Numbered from the stretch's first letter, positions 18,936 through 29,293 are shown. The stretch is 64,000 bases of DNA from an uncultured Clostridia bacterium (GCA_947589365.1 CANQAJ010000001.1:11605-75604), one strand, 5' to 3'. A program made the numbers and translations. The notes: a model not told the origin generated them from the sequence alone.

Positions 18936-19399
18936 TCCTGTGTTTTATTATCTTCATCATGTCTTATTCTTATAAGACAATCCTCGAAGTTTCCGTTCAC
19001 AATCACTGTCGGTACGGATATCATCAGATTAAGCGGAAAACCGAAATCTTCAACAGACAATCCTTTGTCATCCTTTTCACCGATTTTATCCCTTAAGGTG
19101 CGTGTATCGGAAAGATAACAATACAATCTCTTGCCGAGGGAATATGCGTATCCGAGTTCAAAGGCCGTACCGCTGTCCGGTTCAACTCCTCGGAAGCTAT
19201 TCATATTTGCGGCTACAATATCGCAGCTTTGTATCATACCGATATTTGCGGAAAAAATATCATCTGCACTGCCGCACTCGTTATCCGAAGGAAAAAGCCC
19301 TTTAAATCCGTACTTTCTACAAATTCCTTTAAGCTTATTGCCTATATTAACCGCATCAGGATAAAAAACATCAAATCCTGCAATATAAATTTTTTTCAT
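18932..19399 (-). CDS. Nucleoside 2-deoxyribosyltransferase family protein
   Basis: KKIYIAGFDVF and the catalytic-region motif EPDSGTAFELGYAY are present. Confidence 0.8.
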   Translation of the reverse strand: MKKIYIAGFDVFYPDAVNIGNKLKGICRKYGFKGLFPSDNECGSADDIFSANIGMIQSCDIVAANMNSFRGVEPDSGTAFELGYAYSLGKRLYCYLSDTRTLRDKIGEKDDKGLSVEDFGFPLNLMISVPTVIVNGNFEDCLIRIRHDEDNKTQE

Positions 19400-19442
19400 G
19401 GGATTATATCACTCCGCAGTTCAAAACAAATAGTACATTCAG

Positions 19443-19471
19443 ATTATAATGCTTTGCACTGATATTGTCAA
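19443..19471 (-). promoter_or_regulatory. Consensus sigma-A promoter for the deoxyribosyltransferase / CNNM / MBL operon
   Basis: On the minus strand there is a perfect TTGACA, a 17 nt spacer, and a perfect TATAAT. Confidence 0.65.
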
Positions 19472-19504
19472 GAAGTCGATTAGCAGCAGAATGTTTGTCG
19501 CCGT

Positions 19505-19550
19505 AAAAGATATTCGGCCGGCTTGTCCGTAAAGTATAATTCCGGCCGAT
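19505..19550 (-). terminator. Probable terminator after rnr
   Basis: On the minus strand the stem tcggccgg / ccggccga is followed by atatctttt. The loop is long, about 20 nt. Confidence 0.45.
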
Positions 19551-19582
19551 ACAAAATAAATTAATCCGGTATTTTTTAACGA

Positions 19583-21694
19583 TCATTCATTTTCAGCCAA
19601 AACAAAATCAATCATACCCAATGCAACATTTGAATTAACTGCCTCAATATTCACTTCATCTCCGATAGAATAAGCAGTCCCGCTTATTCTGTCTTTAATT
19701 GAAGTCAATCCGTCAAATTCAAAATCACTTTCCTCAATATCGGTAAGCTTTACGAAACCCTCTATTCCGTTAGGGAGCATAACAAAAATTCCGTTATTGG
19801 CGGCACCCGATACAACTCCTTTGTATCTTTCTCCGATATGAGAACACATATACTCCGCAGCATAGCATTTTTCCGCATCACGCTCGGCTCTTACTGCCCT
19901 TATTTCAAAATCGGAGGACAATGCCGCCGATTCGTCGGCAAATTCACTGTAGTGCTTTTTAATTTTATCTATCGGTACTCCGCTTATGAAATCACTCAAT
20001 ATACGATGTATTGATGTATCGGGGTAACGTCTTATAGGCGATGTAAAATGACAATAATCCGTGAGTGATAAGCCGAAATGACCGAGCGGACGACTGCTAT
20101 ATCTTGCCTTCGCCATAGAACGCAGTACCTGAGTTGAAATAAGCCTTGAATACTTTGTTTCCTTTGCGGCGTTTATAAGAGCGGCAAGATCAGTCTGACG
20201 TACACCTTCTCTCAGCCTGCGTGTCTGAAATCCGCATGATGCCGCAAGTTCGGCAAGAGAATAAAGCTTATCGGGGTCGGGGGCTTCATGTACACGATAA
20301 ACAAAGGGTATACCGACACTTTTAGCATAAAGAGCTGCCGCCCCGTTTGCCATTATCATAAACTGTTCGATAATTCCCTCTGCTTCCCCCATCTCTCTTT
20401 CCGAAACATCAATACATACACCGTTTTTATCAAGAACAAAACGAAGCTCCGAGCTTTCTATTTCCAACCCCCCGCGTCTTACGGCTTTTTCCTTAAGAAT
20501 ATCCGCAAGCTTTTTTGCTTCCGCGATAACATCGGATACAGGAGAATATTTTTCTTTTATGCTCTCATTCGCACTTCCGTCAAGTATGGAATTGACTTCC
20601 GAATATACACCCCTGACCTTTGATATTATAAAGCTTTTTTCAAAGCGGTAATCTATAAGCTCGGCTTTTTCATTGAGCGTCATTATAGCAGAAAACGTCA
20701 GCTTTTTTGTGCCGGGATTAAGAGAACAGCAGCCGTTTGAAATTTCCTCCGGCAGCATAGGTATAACCCTGTCGGCAAAATATACGGATGTTCCCCTGCG
20801 TCGGGCTTCCTCATCAAGCTTGCTTCCCTCCGTAACATAATGGGAAACATCCGCTATGTGCACCTGCAATTCCCAGCCTTTTTCAAGCTTCTTTACGCAA
20901 ATCGCATCGTCAAGATCCTTTGCATCCGCTCCGTCAATGGTAAAAACAGGGTCAGCCGTGAAATCGGTGCGTTTCTCCGTTTCCTCCTCGGTTATACGCT
21001 GAGCAGCCATCATTGCCGCCTCGTGCTTGACCGGAACAGGAAATTTTGTAGGAATACCGTAGCTGTCAATAATGGCATCAGAGCATACCTTAGCTGAATT
21101 TCCGCTTCCGTATATCTTGATAATCCTTGCAAATACTCCCTTTTTATTATTGTCATAAAATACGCTTGCCTTAACCTTATCACCGTTTTTACTTTTAAGC
21201 TCTCCGCCCTGCACAATCTTAAGAGCTTGTGCAAATCCGTTGTCCGCTATGAGATAGGCTGTTCCTGTATTATGCATTCTCTCTATTGTTCCCGTTATTA
21301 CTCTTTTGCCCTTTTCGAGTATTTTATCAACTTCACCCGACAATCCCCTTGAGCTTTCGGTAATATTCTTCAAAAGAACCGTATCTCCGGGCATAGATCC
21401 CTTTGTTGACGAAGCATGGATATAAACATCTTCCATATCCGGATCATGCGGCTCGGCAAAGGAAAAGCTTTTAGCCTGTCTCACTATTGTTGCGGTAACA
21501 TACCCCATCACCCGTGGTAAACCTACCTTTTTTCTGTTTATAACTATTTTCCCTTTGCTTTCAAGGTATGACAGGGCATTATTAAATTCCTCAATCTCCG
21601 AAATACCGCTTATAATCTGAAGGTCACATCTTGCTATCGGCTCAGTTTGCTCCTCAAGAGCAGATAAGACCATTTCATTGACTTCCGTATTCAT
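19583..21694 (-). CDS. rnr: Ribonuclease R
   Basis: The RNB catalytic motif HFTSPIRRYPD, cold-shock-like N-terminal domains and a C-terminal S1 domain (GVVSGAANNGIFVMLPNGIEGFV) are present. Confidence 0.95.
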   Translation of the reverse strand: MNTEVNEMVLSALEEQTEPIARCDLQIISGISEIEEFNNALSYLESKGKIVINRKKVGLPRVMGYVTATIVRQAKSFSFAEPHDPDMEDVYIHASSTKGSMPGDTVLLKNITESSRGLSGEVDKILEKGKRVITGTIERMHNTGTAYLIADNGFAQALKIVQGGELKSKNGDKVKASVFYDNNKKGVFARIIKIYGSGNSAKVCSDAIIDSYGIPTKFPVPVKHEAAMMAAQRITEEETEKRTDFTADPVFTIDGADAKDLDDAICVKKLEKGWELQVHIADVSHYVTEGSKLDEEARRRGTSVYFADRVIPMLPEEISNGCCSLNPGTKKLTFSAIMTLNEKAELIDYRFEKSFIISKVRGVYSEVNSILDGSANESIKEKYSPVSDVIAEAKKLADILKEKAVRRGGLEIESSELRFVLDKNGVCIDVSEREMGEAEGIIEQFMIMANGAAALYAKSVGIPFVYRVHEAPDPDKLYSLAELAASCGFQTRRLREGVRQTDLAALINAAKETKYSRLISTQVLRSMAKARYSSRPLGHFGLSLTDYCHFTSPIRRYPDTSIHRILSDFISGVPIDKIKKHYSEFADESAALSSDFEIRAVRAERDAEKCYAAEYMCSHIGERYKGVVSGAANNGIFVMLPNGIEGFVKLTDIEESDFEFDGLTSIKDRISGTAYSIGDEVNIEAVNSNVALGMIDFVLAENE

Positions 21695-21751
21695 ATTATA
21701 CCTCCTTTGCTGTCGGTTATATCATTCCCTTTATCAAAACAAATATCACAC

Positions 21752-22606
21752 TCACTGCGTCATAAACAGAATACCGAGGGTTCCGGGTCCGCAATGTGAG
21801 GAAATTGTACAGCTCGCCGTCGTAACATATATATTTTCAAACATATTTTTATTCTTTATATAATTATATACCACTTGAACATGGTCTTCCCCGATTCCCG
21901 CATGAGTTATGAAAATTTTGTCATAACGTATATTATCATATTCGGAAAGCTTTTCGTCAACATACTGCAAAAGCACATTATCGAGTTTTCCTCTGTATTT
22001 TTTTCCGACTGTCATTGAGCCGTCCTTATTATCAACTTCAATACACGGTTTAAGCTGCAAAAGATTTGCACCAAGCATTGCAAGCGTCGAGCATCTGCCT
22101 CCCGCACGCAGATAATTAAGCTTATTTATTATAAAGCTTGAATGGACTTTTTCTGTAAGCTTCTTTAGGTTTTCGGCTATTTCTTTTGCATCAAGTCCAC
22201 GCTTTATCATTTCGGCAGCTTCGAGTACTATATGACCCGTACCGGTAGAAAGGTTGCATGAATCAATCGGAAATACATTTCCGACCTCCTCTGCTGCGGT
22301 GCAGGCATTCTGATATGATGAGGAAAGTGCCGAACCTATATTTATATGGATAACAGTATCCCCTTTTTCAACAAACGATTTGAAGAAGTCAACATACTCT
22401 CCTACATTTACAGCGGCGGTTTTAGGAAGTGTACCTGTTGCATCAAACTGCTTATAAATTTCCTGAGGAGTTATATTTACACCGTCATCATAGCTTTTTT
22501 TTGCAATGATTATGTGAAGCGGGGTGTAAGCCCTGACATTATATTTTTCCTTAAGCTCCGTTGTAAGGTCGCAGGTACTGTCCGCCGTTAAAATAATTTT
22601 TGACAT
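21752..22606 (-). CDS. DegV family fatty-acid-binding protein
   Basis: The N-terminus KIILTADSTCDL and the overall length are typical of DegV. Confidence 0.9.
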   Translation of the reverse strand: MSKIILTADSTCDLTTELKEKYNVRAYTPLHIIIAKKSYDDGVNITPQEIYKQFDATGTLPKTAAVNVGEYVDFFKSFVEKGDTVIHINIGSALSSSYQNACTAAEEVGNVFPIDSCNLSTGTGHIVLEAAEMIKRGLDAKEIAENLKKLTEKVHSSFIINKLNYLRAGGRCSTLAMLGANLLQLKPCIEVDNKDGSMTVGKKYRGKLDNVLLQYVDEKLSEYDNIRYDKIFITHAGIGEDHVQVVYNYIKNKNMFENIYVTTASCTISSHCGPGTLGILFMTQ

Positions 22607-22620
22607 AAAGAAACCCCCTT

Positions 22621-23619
22621 TTATTTTTTACGCTCTCTGCGTTTTATCTGCCTTATATCATTTCCCGTAAACTCAATTCTATCAAGCATACCGATTATCC
22701 TCGACATCATTCTTGTTCCGTACATTTCCTGAATTTCCTTGCCTGACAGGTTTGTGCTGATTATTGTGGGATGGTTGGTCATCAGTCTTGTGTTAAGCGT
22801 ATTGTATATGACCGATAAGCCGAATTTACTCTGATATTCCGTTCCCATATCGTCAAGTATTAACAAATCACATTCATTAATAAGCCGTTCCGTTTCACCC
22901 TTACGCTCCGAATAGCTGCCGAAATGCTCATTTTCAAGTCGTGAAACAATATTCGGGGCGGATACATAAATTACCCCATAACCTTTGTTTATAACCTCCT
23001 GTGCAATGGAAAGCGACAAATGGGTTTTTCCGAGACCGGAGCCTCCCTGAAAAATAAGACTGTGTGAATCGGGCGAAAATTCACTTGCGTATTTTTTGCA
23101 GAACCTGAGGACGGACTGCATATAATTATAAGGTATTTTCCCCGATTTTTCATCCTTTATTTTAGAATAATATTCGAGTGAAAAAGATTCAAAGCTGCAA
23201 AGTGATAAAGGAGAAATTTTATTCAGTTCCTCATAGGCTGTCTTTTTAAGAAGGCTTTTCATGCAGGTACACATTTTCCCGTCAATATTGCCCGTATCAT
23301 TGCATTTATCACACATATACCACTCGTCAAGGTAATTCCCGGGCAAATTATGCGATACAAGCAGTTCGTCAAGCTCCTTCTGCAAAGCAAGACTTTTGTT
23401 TTTAAGATTTTCCAGTTCTTTACGCACATCGGCTCCCATTATTACCCGCTTTCCCGCAGACACGGAAATACTGACAAGCTCACGCTCAATCTCACGGGCA
23501 CGGGGACATATCAAATACAGTTTATCTCTTCTTTTCCCGAGTTCCTGCTCGGCATAAAGTCTTCTGTTTTCCATCTCCCGACGAGCAAGCTCATAAACCT
23601 CGCTGCTGTATCCCATCAT
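22621..23619 (-). CDS. dnaI: Helicase loader, DnaI/DnaC-family AAA+ ATPase
   Basis: An N-terminal Cys-rich zinc module (CDKCNDTG..CTC), Walker A (GGSGLGKTHL) and Walker B (LLILDDMG) are present. The gene overlaps the upstream DnaD-domain gene by 4 nt. Confidence 0.8.
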   Translation of the reverse strand: MMGYSSEVYELARREMENRRLYAEQELGKRRDKLYLICPRAREIERELVSISVSAGKRVIMGADVRKELENLKNKSLALQKELDELLVSHNLPGNYLDEWYMCDKCNDTGNIDGKMCTCMKSLLKKTAYEELNKISPLSLCSFESFSLEYYSKIKDEKSGKIPYNYMQSVLRFCKKYASEFSPDSHSLIFQGGSGLGKTHLSLSIAQEVINKGYGVIYVSAPNIVSRLENEHFGSYSERKGETERLINECDLLILDDMGTEYQSKFGLSVIYNTLNTRLMTNHPTIISTNLSGKEIQEMYGTRMMSRIIGMLDRIEFTGNDIRQIKRRERKK

Positions 23620-24647
23620 TGTTCCTCCTCGTCTATTATACTTGTGCTTTCATACTCTGAAATATCATAAGTAGCCCCATACATTTTTTTCTCTTTATTC
23701 TTATTTCCGCTGTTTTTCTCCGCATCGACCTGCTCGGGTGTGGAAATTCCGCTGTTGAACCACCTGTTAAGAATAGAGTCCACATATTTCGGTATGTACT
23801 TATTCTTTGTATCAACGCATATTTCATATGCCTTCCGTATCATATCACCGGAAAATTTCCATATATTCATCCACCTGTCCGCAAATTCCGTTTCCTTCTC
23901 GGTCGGAGAATGTTCCTCCAGACCCAATATCTTTTGTATTGTCATGGCGGCATTTCTTCCGCTTGTAAGCTGCTGAATTTTCTTTTCCGCCTGTTCAAGC
24001 GTTGTAATATCATTATCCGACCATGATATTGCCATCTTTTCTATATATCTGATATTACATTTCTGTATGCTTGCCGCATATTGCATAAGCATGATAATTA
24101 CTTCAACCGGCAGACCGTCGGATTCATGTATCATAAGCAGAGTCGCCTTATCATTATTATTTGTCGGTCTGCCGAAAATTTCATCCGCCGACTGCATAAG
24201 ATATACTATTTCCGGACTTTCGGACATACGCTCGCTCAGATATTTCATATCGGGTTTTTCCGGACGTGAAATAATCCTTGATGCTTTTGTTGTCATTTCT
24301 TCATTTGGTTGTTTTTCGTGATTAATCTCTACTTTCTCTTCGACGTTCTGTTCGTTTTGAACAGATGAAATGATATTCTTATTTTCGTCCGGCGGTGCAA
24401 TTATGCCGTCGCTGACCTTTATAATACCACTTTCTTCCCAATAGAGCATACTGTCCCTGACATCGGCCGCCTGCACAGACAATGATTTTGAAATATCATC
24501 AACCGTAAAGTTTTCTCCGGCATGACGCAAAACCCACAGTATTACCTTCAGTTGTACGCTGCCCGCAAGCTTCAGGTGCAAATCTACCAAATCACTCGGC
24601 ACGGCAAAAACACTTCCCCACGAACCGAGATTTAACTTATATTCCAT
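23616..24647 (-). CDS. DnaD-domain replication initiation / primosome protein
   Basis: The N-terminal region is winged-helix-like. The C-terminal DnaD/DnaB_2-type repeat contains KAYEICVDTKNKYIPKYVDSILNRW. The gene is paired with the loader gene. Confidence 0.7.
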   Translation of the reverse strand: MEYKLNLGSWGSVFAVPSDLVDLHLKLAGSVQLKVILWVLRHAGENFTVDDISKSLSVQAADVRDSMLYWEESGIIKVSDGIIAPPDENKNIISSVQNEQNVEEKVEINHEKQPNEEMTTKASRIISRPEKPDMKYLSERMSESPEIVYLMQSADEIFGRPTNNNDKATLLMIHESDGLPVEVIIMLMQYAASIQKCNIRYIEKMAISWSDNDITTLEQAEKKIQQLTSGRNAAMTIQKILGLEEHSPTEKETEFADRWMNIWKFSGDMIRKAYEICVDTKNKYIPKYVDSILNRWFNSGISTPEQVDAEKNSGNKNKEKKMYGATYDISEYESTSIIDEEEQ

Positions 24648-24728
24648 TTCTTTCCCTCAATTCATCATATTTCATTAATCAGTATAACATAAATCCGATT
24701 ACAAGTACATACAGTAAATACATGAAAA

Positions 24729-26075
24729 TCAGTTTTTTTCTTCGGCTATATATAACTCTGCTTCACTCTTAAGCTCCCCGTATTCATTTTTAAATTTTCC
24801 GTCTATAACACCTTCAAGCAAATACTTTAGTATTTTTCCTATGGTTTTCCCCTCTGTTATTCCCATAGCTATAAGGTCATTTCCCTTTATCGCAAGTGTT
24901 TTTAAGTTAAATTCCTGACCATCTGCTGTTTGCTCTTCAAATATTTCCGTAAGCTTTTTTATATCCTCAAGCTTTCCGTTCAGCAGTTCCGGATTCTGTC
25001 CCATTGCATCCGCTTCTTTCAGCTGCATAAGCTCATGAAAATTTTCCACTCCGACCTTTGAGATAAGTATGCGGACATTCCGCGGATTTATCTTTGGTCT
25101 GACATCATGATATTTTATAAGCATACATACTTTATCTATGGTTTTATTATCAAGCCTCAGTCTTTTCATTATATCGTGTGCCTTTACCGCACCTTTTTCC
25201 GGGTGACCGTGAAAATGACCTGTCCCGGTTTCGTCCGGAGAATAACATTCGGGTTTTGCTATATCATGGAAAAGAGCGGCAAGCCGAGAAATTTTACCGT
25301 GAGGAGAGTGAGAGATGACCTTAACCGTATGTGTCCATATATCATATATATGATGCGGATTATGCTGTTCAAATCCAATCATTTTTTCAATTTCCGGTAT
25401 AAACACACACAACACATCAACATATTCTGTCAATACCTTTTCTGCATATTCCCCGTCAATTATACCCAGAAGTTCACTAACTGTCCTTTCGGCTGATATA
25501 TTTTTAAGAAGAAATGCATTTTCATGTATGGCGGCGGAGGTTTTTTCCTCAATTTTAAAACCGAGCCTTGAGGAAAAACGCAAAGCACGGAGTATTCTCA
25601 GACCGTCCTCCCGGAATCTTTTTACCGGGTTTCCGACACAGCGGATAATTTTGTTCTTAATATCCTCCTCGCCGCCGAAGAAATCACACAGACCCTTATT
25701 ATAATTATATGCCAATGCATTAATCGTAAAATCACGTCTTGCAAGATCCTCTCTGAGCGAACGCACAAAGGTTACGCTTTCGGGACGTCGGTTATCGCTG
25801 TATACCCCATCAATACGGAAGGTTGTTATTTCATACAGTTCTTTGTCGAATTTAACGGTAACGGTGCCGTGCTTTAATCCGTTAGTTATTATATTTGTTT
25901 TTCCGAGAATATCAAGTGTTTCCTCGGGGAGTGCCGATGTACATATATCCCAGTCATGCGGCACAAGTCCCATGATACTGTCACGTATACAGCCGCCTAC
26001 GGCATAGGCTTCAAATCCCGAGTTCTGTATTTTTTCTATTATTTTATCTGCATTATGCGGAATTTCAATTTTCAT
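24729..26075 (-). CDS. cca: CCA tRNA nucleotidyltransferase with a C-terminal HD domain
   Basis: The Pol-beta NTase motifs GGCIRD and RDFTINA are present, along with the HD motif LFHDIAKP. Confidence 0.9.
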   Translation of the reverse strand: MKIEIPHNADKIIEKIQNSGFEAYAVGGCIRDSIMGLVPHDWDICTSALPEETLDILGKTNIITNGLKHGTVTVKFDKELYEITTFRIDGVYSDNRRPESVTFVRSLREDLARRDFTINALAYNYNKGLCDFFGGEEDIKNKIIRCVGNPVKRFREDGLRILRALRFSSRLGFKIEEKTSAAIHENAFLLKNISAERTVSELLGIIDGEYAEKVLTEYVDVLCVFIPEIEKMIGFEQHNPHHIYDIWTHTVKVISHSPHGKISRLAALFHDIAKPECYSPDETGTGHFHGHPEKGAVKAHDIMKRLRLDNKTIDKVCMLIKYHDVRPKINPRNVRILISKVGVENFHELMQLKEADAMGQNPELLNGKLEDIKKLTEIFEEQTADGQEFNLKTLAIKGNDLIAMGITEGKTIGKILKYLLEGVIDGKFKNEYGELKSEAELYIAEEKN

Positions 26076-26153
26076 ATTTACCTCTTAAAAAATCGGCATC
26101 CTCAACGCTGTACATTGAAGATGCCGTTCGCAAATAATTCAATATTGCCGTTA

Positions 26154-26744
26154 TCACTCAGCAGCCGATGAAGTCGCCTCACTGCTTACACTGTTCTGTG
26201 AAGCTTCCGTATCACTTGCATCCGTACCTGACGCACTGCTTTCCGTTGTACTTGCTGCACTGCTTTCAGTCGTGCTTGCAACGCTGCTTTCCGCTGTACT
26301 TGCCGCCGCACTGCTTTCTGTTTTGGAACCTTCCTCGGACGAAGTGACTGTCGAGGATTCATCCTTTCCGGAGTCCTCTGTCTCACCGCCATTTTCGGAA
26401 GTCTCGGAATCTTCTTCTGACTTGCTGCTTTCATCGCTTGTTTCGCTTACGACCGAGCTTTCGGAAGCTTCTGCATTATTATCTATACTGTCGCCTGTTA
26501 TACCGAAGAAAGAAAGTGCATTCAAAAGAACAACCAACACAAAGAACGTAATAGCACAATATTTCGTTATCCTTGCAAATATGGCATCGGCAGTACGAGC
26601 CTTACCCTTGGAGAGGAAAGAATCAGCCCCGCCCGTTACGGTTCCGAGTCCTGCCTGATGTCCCTCTTGCAGTATAATAACAATAACCATGATTATTGAC
26701 AATAAAAGCACCAGTATACCTACTATCATTTCCCATATGCCCAT
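26154..26744 (-). CDS. secG: Preprotein translocase subunit SecG with a roughly 115 aa Ser/Glu/Thr-rich C-terminal extension
   Basis: The first ~80 aa form two TM helices flanking ILQEGHQAGLGTVTGGADSF, which is the SecG signature. The remainder is low complexity, with repeated ESSAASTT/ESSVASTT units. Confidence 0.75.
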   Translation of the reverse strand: MGIWEMIVGILVLLLSIIMVIVIILQEGHQAGLGTVTGGADSFLSKGKARTADAIFARITKYCAITFFVLVVLLNALSFFGITGDSIDNNAEASESSVVSETSDESSKSEEDSETSENGGETEDSGKDESSTVTSSEEGSKTESSAAASTAESSVASTTESSAASTTESSASGTDASDTEASQNSVSSEATSSAAE

Positions 26745-27058
26745 TATGTAAAATCCTCCATTCGTTTATGCTCAACATACCTGTTTATAATAACACATAA
26801 TTTAAATAAAATCAAGTGATTTATGCCTTAAAATTGTATTTTTTTCATAGAAATTTCCATTTATATTTTTATGTAATCTGCATATAATACTATCGTCGGG
26901 AAAAACACAATAAAGTCCGTGCAAATGCCCGGATAGAAATCCTGATTATCCCGACAAATCAATAAGCTGAAAAGCTATAATGCTATAAAGGCAGAAAAAA
27001 GAAAATAATTCTGTCAGTTTCCGCTGCTTCTTATTATTGAGGCAGCGGAAAAATTTTT

Positions 27059-29293
27059 TCAGAATGACATTTGCTCAGCTTCACTCGATTTTGGCAGCTG
27101 ACCTGCTGACGGGAGAGTTTTTGCCCTGTATCGCTCCGGATCACTTATTATCCCCTCGCTGAGGAGTCTTGCCGATACAACCCTGTGTCCCTTTCTCTGC
27201 TTCATTACCGCAACACCCTGAGTTGATCTTGTGGATTTCGTAAGAATATCGCCTGCCTTGAATATCAGTGCCCTGCCGGAGGTTGAAAGTAAAACTATAT
27301 CGCTTTCATCATCAGGCACATAGCAAATAGCGGCAAGTCTTTCCTTTTCGGAATATGCACCCGTAAGCTTCTTGCGGTTCGTCTTTGTTGCATAGGCTTC
27401 GAGAGCTACCTTTGCAACCTTTCCGCTTTCAAATACGAAAAATACATAACCCTTGTAATCCTTTGTAGGTATCATATATATTGCATTTTCGCCCTCGTCA
27501 AATGACAGTTTTGTCGGTATATAATCACCGAGAACGCTTGTTTTTGTATCGCTGAAATCACAGCCCTTTGCCTTATATGCCTTTGCCATATCGGAAAAGA
27601 ATATTATATCCGTATTGTTAGTTGTTTCTATATGCTCGATTATCTCATCGCCCTCCTTCAGCTTATGCTCGCCGCTCATACGCAGTGACTGAGGCGTAAT
27701 CTTCTTGAAATAGCCTTCCTTGGAAAAGAACAGATTTACCGCATAATCCGGTACTTCCTCGACTGTTTCATCGTCCGCTATATCATCGGCATAAATTATC
27801 ATACTGCGGCGTGGCTGTCCGTATTTTTCGGCAATTTCCGAAAGCTCTTTTATTATAATATTCTTGATTTTCGTTTTACTGTTGAGTATTGCTTCAAGCT
27901 CGGAAATTTCTTTTTCAAGCTTTGATATATCCTCCGTTCGTTTCAGTATATATTCACGATTGAGATGCCGCAGCTTTATTTCCGCAACATATTCGGCCTG
28001 TATTTCATCTATTCCGAAACCCTCCATAAGGTTAGGAACGACCATCACCTCTTCCTCTGTATTTCTTATGATACTTATTGCCTTGTCAATATCAAGAAGT
28101 ATTCTTTCAAGACCACGGAGAAGATGCAGTCTGTCCTGCTTTTTATGAAGGTCAAAATATGTCCTGCGTCTTACACATTCAATTCTGAATGCTGACCATT
28201 CGTTAAGCATCTCCCTCACGCCAAGCACCCTCGGCGTACCTGCAATAAGCACATTGAAATTGCAGGCAAAGCTGTCCTCAAGCGGTGTCATCTTATATAA
28301 TTTTGACATAAGCTTATCGGGATTTACTCCTCTTTTCAGGTCAATGGTTATCTTAAAACCGTCTATACCCGTTTCATCACGGATATCGGATATATCCTTT
28401 AACTTTCCCTGCTTTACAAGGTCAATTACCTTTTCAATTATAGCTTCCGAGGTTGTCGTCTGCGGAATAGACAGTACATCTATACAGTTTGCGTATTTAT
28501 CATATACATATCTTGCCCTCAGCCTTATACTTCCTCTGCCTGTTTCATATACAGTTTTCATTGTCTGTTCGTCATAAACTATCTGTGCTCCGCCTGTAAA
28601 ATCAGGGGCAACCAGTGTTGACATAATATCAAAATCAGGGTCACGCAAAAGACCTATTGTCGTATGGCAGACCTCCGCTAAATTAAAAGAACAAATCGAG
28701 CTTGCCATTCCCACGGCTATACCAGTATTCGCATTTACGAGAACAGACGGAAAAGCCGCCGGCAAAAGAGTCGGTTCTTTCAATGTATTGTCATAGTTAT
28801 CAACAAAATCAACCGTATCCTTATCTATATCACGGAAAAGCTCATTACATATCGGGTCAAGCTTTGCTTCGGTATATCGGGAGGCTGCCCACGCCATATC
28901 TCTGCTGTAAAACTTACCGAAATTTCCTTTTGAATCAACAAACGGGTGCAGAAGTGCCTCATACCCCCTGCTGAGTCTTACCATTGTATCATATATTGCC
29001 GCATCTCCGTGCGGATTCAGTTTCATTGTCTGTCCCACAATATTTGCCGACTTTGTTCTTGTCGCACCTAAAAGTCCCATTTTATACATAGTATATAAGA
29101 GTTTCCTGTGGGACGGCTTAAAGCCGTCTATCTCGGGAATAGCACGGCTGAGTATTATACTCATAGCATAGGGCATGAAATTTTCCTCAAGTGTGGATAC
29201 GATTTTTTCCTCCACAACCTCTCCCGCACCTTCTATATAACCCTGTATTTTTTGTGCAGACGGAGTATTTTTTGTTGTTTTCCTTTTTGCCAT
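27059..29293 (-). CDS. parC: Type IIA topoisomerase subunit A (ParC / topoisomerase IV-like)
   Basis: The active-site tyrosine motif AASRYTEAKL is present. At 744 aa the protein is shorter than typical GyrA. It is paired with a GyrB/ParE-type gene upstream. The ParC versus GyrA assignment is an inference. Confidence 0.85.
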   Translation of the reverse strand: MAKRKTTKNTPSAQKIQGYIEGAGEVVEEKIVSTLEENFMPYAMSIILSRAIPEIDGFKPSHRKLLYTMYKMGLLGATRTKSANIVGQTMKLNPHGDAAIYDTMVRLSRGYEALLHPFVDSKGNFGKFYSRDMAWAASRYTEAKLDPICNELFRDIDKDTVDFVDNYDNTLKEPTLLPAAFPSVLVNANTGIAVGMASSICSFNLAEVCHTTIGLLRDPDFDIMSTLVAPDFTGGAQIVYDEQTMKTVYETGRGSIRLRARYVYDKYANCIDVLSIPQTTTSEAIIEKVIDLVKQGKLKDISDIRDETGIDGFKITIDLKRGVNPDKLMSKLYKMTPLEDSFACNFNVLIAGTPRVLGVREMLNEWSAFRIECVRRRTYFDLHKKQDRLHLLRGLERILLDIDKAISIIRNTEEEVMVVPNLMEGFGIDEIQAEYVAEIKLRHLNREYILKRTEDISKLEKEISELEAILNSKTKIKNIIIKELSEIAEKYGQPRRSMIIYADDIADDETVEEVPDYAVNLFFSKEGYFKKITPQSLRMSGEHKLKEGDEIIEHIETTNNTDIIFFSDMAKAYKAKGCDFSDTKTSVLGDYIPTKLSFDEGENAIYMIPTKDYKGYVFFVFESGKVAKVALEAYATKTNRKKLTGAYSEKERLAAICYVPDDESDIVLLSTSGRALIFKAGDILTKSTRSTQGVAVMKQRKGHRVVSARLLSEGIISDPERYRAKTLPSAGQLPKSSEAEQMSF

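Noticed and set aside
26186-26658. A plus-strand 128 aa ORF and an alternative minus-frame 82 aa ORF lie over the secG tail. Similar ORFs lie over the lipoprotein linker at 57167-57712.
   Set aside because: All fall within low-complexity repeat DNA, where every frame stays open. Only the frames continuous with the SecG core and with the lipoprotein signal peptide have start contexts and recognisable domains.
26860-26965. A possible structured RNA in the secG upstream region. On the minus strand the outer stem is gtcggga / tcccgac, with small inner hairpins.
   Set aside because: The stems are short and the enclosed region is long. I recognise no known riboswitch or leader motif. In AT-rich spacers such pairings arise by chance, and this would need an Rfam scan or RNA-seq before it could be called.
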